From positions 19,344,001-19,408,000 of the forward strand of contig NC_091286.1 in NCBI RefSeq assembly GCF_032444005.1: a stretch of 64,000 nt of DNA, given 5' to 3'. This document shows positions 62,605 through 64,000 of the stretch, in pieces; the stretch's first letter is position 1; the number at the start of each line of letters is the position of its first letter. This DNA is from Ranitomeya imitator. Lineage: Eukaryota. The notes under the pieces are model-generated. The model was not told the origin of the DNA and ran no database searches. It was given only the letters and a program-made list of their open reading frames with translations. Position numbers and translations under genes: made by a program.

Positions 62605-63488
62605 AGCCACATGAACATCCCTGGAGACTTAACAAGTATCTATCTAACATATAATTAACATATATATGATGATATATGATATATGATATGATATATGATA
62701 AGAAAAAGTACCCAAAGCCAGTCTGACCAAGCCATCAACCTCCATGGCCTGACAAAAGGTGAAATCCAGAGAATGGTACACAAAGTCAAAGAGGAAAATC
62801 TCAGCATCTGGAGGAACGACATAAACAAATCCCAGAAACTGACAATATACCGGAATCTACAGAGGGAGTACAAACTGGCCCCATATCTAGAGAAACTAGA
62901 AAACCCCAAAGATCGACAGATCCTGAGCCGGTACAGACTGAGCGCCCACAGCCTACTCATCGAATCCGGGCGGCACCGACAGAACTACAAGCCTCGAGGG
63001 AGCAGACTCTGCCAGCAGTGCCCCCAGGAGGCCGTGGAGGATGAGGCCCACTTCCTGCTGAGGTGCCCCAAATACTCCGCAGTGAGGGACACTCACTTCA
63101 AGAGACTGTCTGATCTCCTCCCAGACTTCACCTCCAAGGAGGAGGAAGAGAAACTGCCGATAATACTGGGGGAAGAGGAAAGTGCAGTGGCCGTAGCAGC
63201 GGAATATGTCAGTGCCTGCCACAGACTAAGAGGAGCCTGATATGTCATGGACTCCTGTATCCCAACACTGGACATATCCCTATCCCCCGACTAAAGAGCC
63301 CGATATGTCATGGACTCTTATACACCACCCTGGAAACATCCCCTATCCTCTAAAAGGAATTTGATATTCCCTGGACCTCTATATGCCCCCCTGCCCCACC
63401 CCCGTATTTTTACCATATGCTTTGGCAATGCTAACGTGTACTTAGTCCTGCCAATAAAGCTCATTTGATTTGATTTGATTTGATTTGA
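62605..63488 (+). mobile_element. 5'-truncated non-LTR retrotransposon 3' end (RTE-X-like; clade uncertain)
   Basis: ORF2 C-terminal domain, degenerate ~60-bp repeats in the 3' UTR, AATAAA followed by a (TTTGA)n tail. Confidence 0.8.
62695..63240 (+). CDS. C-terminal Cys/His domain of a non-LTR ORF2 (fragment)
   Basis: RYRLSAHSLLIESGRH...RLCQQC...VEDEAHFLLRCPKY...R. Confidence 0.8.
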   Translation: MIRKSTQSQSDQAINLHGLTKGEIQRMVHKVKEENLSIWRNDINKSQKLTIYRNLQREYKLAPYLEKLENPKDRQILSRYRLSAHSLLIESGRHRQNYKPRGSRLCQQCPQEAVEDEAHFLLRCPKYSAVRDTHFKRLSDLLPDFTSKEEEEKLPIILGEEESAVAVAAEYVSACHRLRGA

Positions 63489-63739
63489 TGCCCTCTCCTA
63501 AGAAAGATCTAAACAATTGACTCTCATCTTTGAATGCTAACTATCCTTTGTTAGTAGATAAACAAATTACTGGTCATTTACATTCCTTTGTTAAATTGAC
63601 CATCTGACTAAAGGTACATTTAAGCTTCAATGACCTTCTGCGAACTCCATACAGTAAGGATATACTGAATATTATATAATGAACTGATTGAAACCACATC
63701 AATATCTCTCAATAATTAGTACTAATTAATTGGAGTGTT

Positions 63740-63930
63740 TGAAATCATTTAAAAATATAACATTCTACACATTATTCAGATCAGGGGACTGTGAGGGCCA
63801 TTGTAAAACATTCAGCTTGCACCTTTTGAGGTCATCAGTTGTGGATCTTGCATTGTGTTGAGGATTATTATCCATTTGTAGAAGCCATCCTCTTCCTCTT
63901 TCACCTTCAACTGTTTTTACATATGGTGTT
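63740..63930 (-). mobile_element. Tc1 transposase DDE-region fragment
   Basis: Minus strand reads LQMDNNPQHNARSTTDDLKRCKLNVLQWPSQSPDLN. Confidence 0.75.
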
Positions 63931-63933
63931 ATG

Positions 63934-63975
63934 TGTTGTGAATTCTGTGACCAAGCTCCCTCCTGTGGTCGTGAG
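63934..63975. mobile_element. Start of an LTR (family of 61371-62154), interrupted at 63976
   Basis: TGTTGTGAATTCTGTG...CTGTGGTC. Confidence 0.6.
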
Positions 63976-64000
63976 TAGTGTTGAGCATTCCGATACCGCA
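63976..64000. mobile_element. Start of a hAT-type element (TAGTGTTGAGC...), runs off the window
   Basis: Terminus resembles the TAG(G/T)GTTGAGC TIR at 40235. Confidence 0.5.

Overview
Vertebrate genomic DNA, most likely an anuran (inferred from the repeat landscape, not proven). Most of the window is transposable-element debris and tandem repeats, and I found no intact host gene. The one host-gene signal is a degraded three-exon alpha-like globin locus on the + strand: exon 1 ~691-782, exon 2 952-1129, exon 3 6715-6828. Its second intron is almost entirely a ~5.55 kb, 21-22 bp minisatellite whose unit contains the intron's branch-point motif. The rest of the window holds: a near-complete Tc1 transposon (IR/DR type, DD34E); a BEL/Pao LTR retrotransposon with both LTRs and TSD but no integrase; a nearly intact CR1 ORF2; a Tx1/L1-type ORF1 remnant; Penelope, L2 and RTE-X-like fragments; five related solo LTRs; three non-autonomous Helitrons; and many PIF/Harbinger, hAT, piggyBac-like and T2/Kolobok MITEs, often nested with readable TSDs. 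No rRNA, tRNA or CRISPR array was recognised. Family assignments come from motifs, termini and TSDs read by eye; no database search was run.
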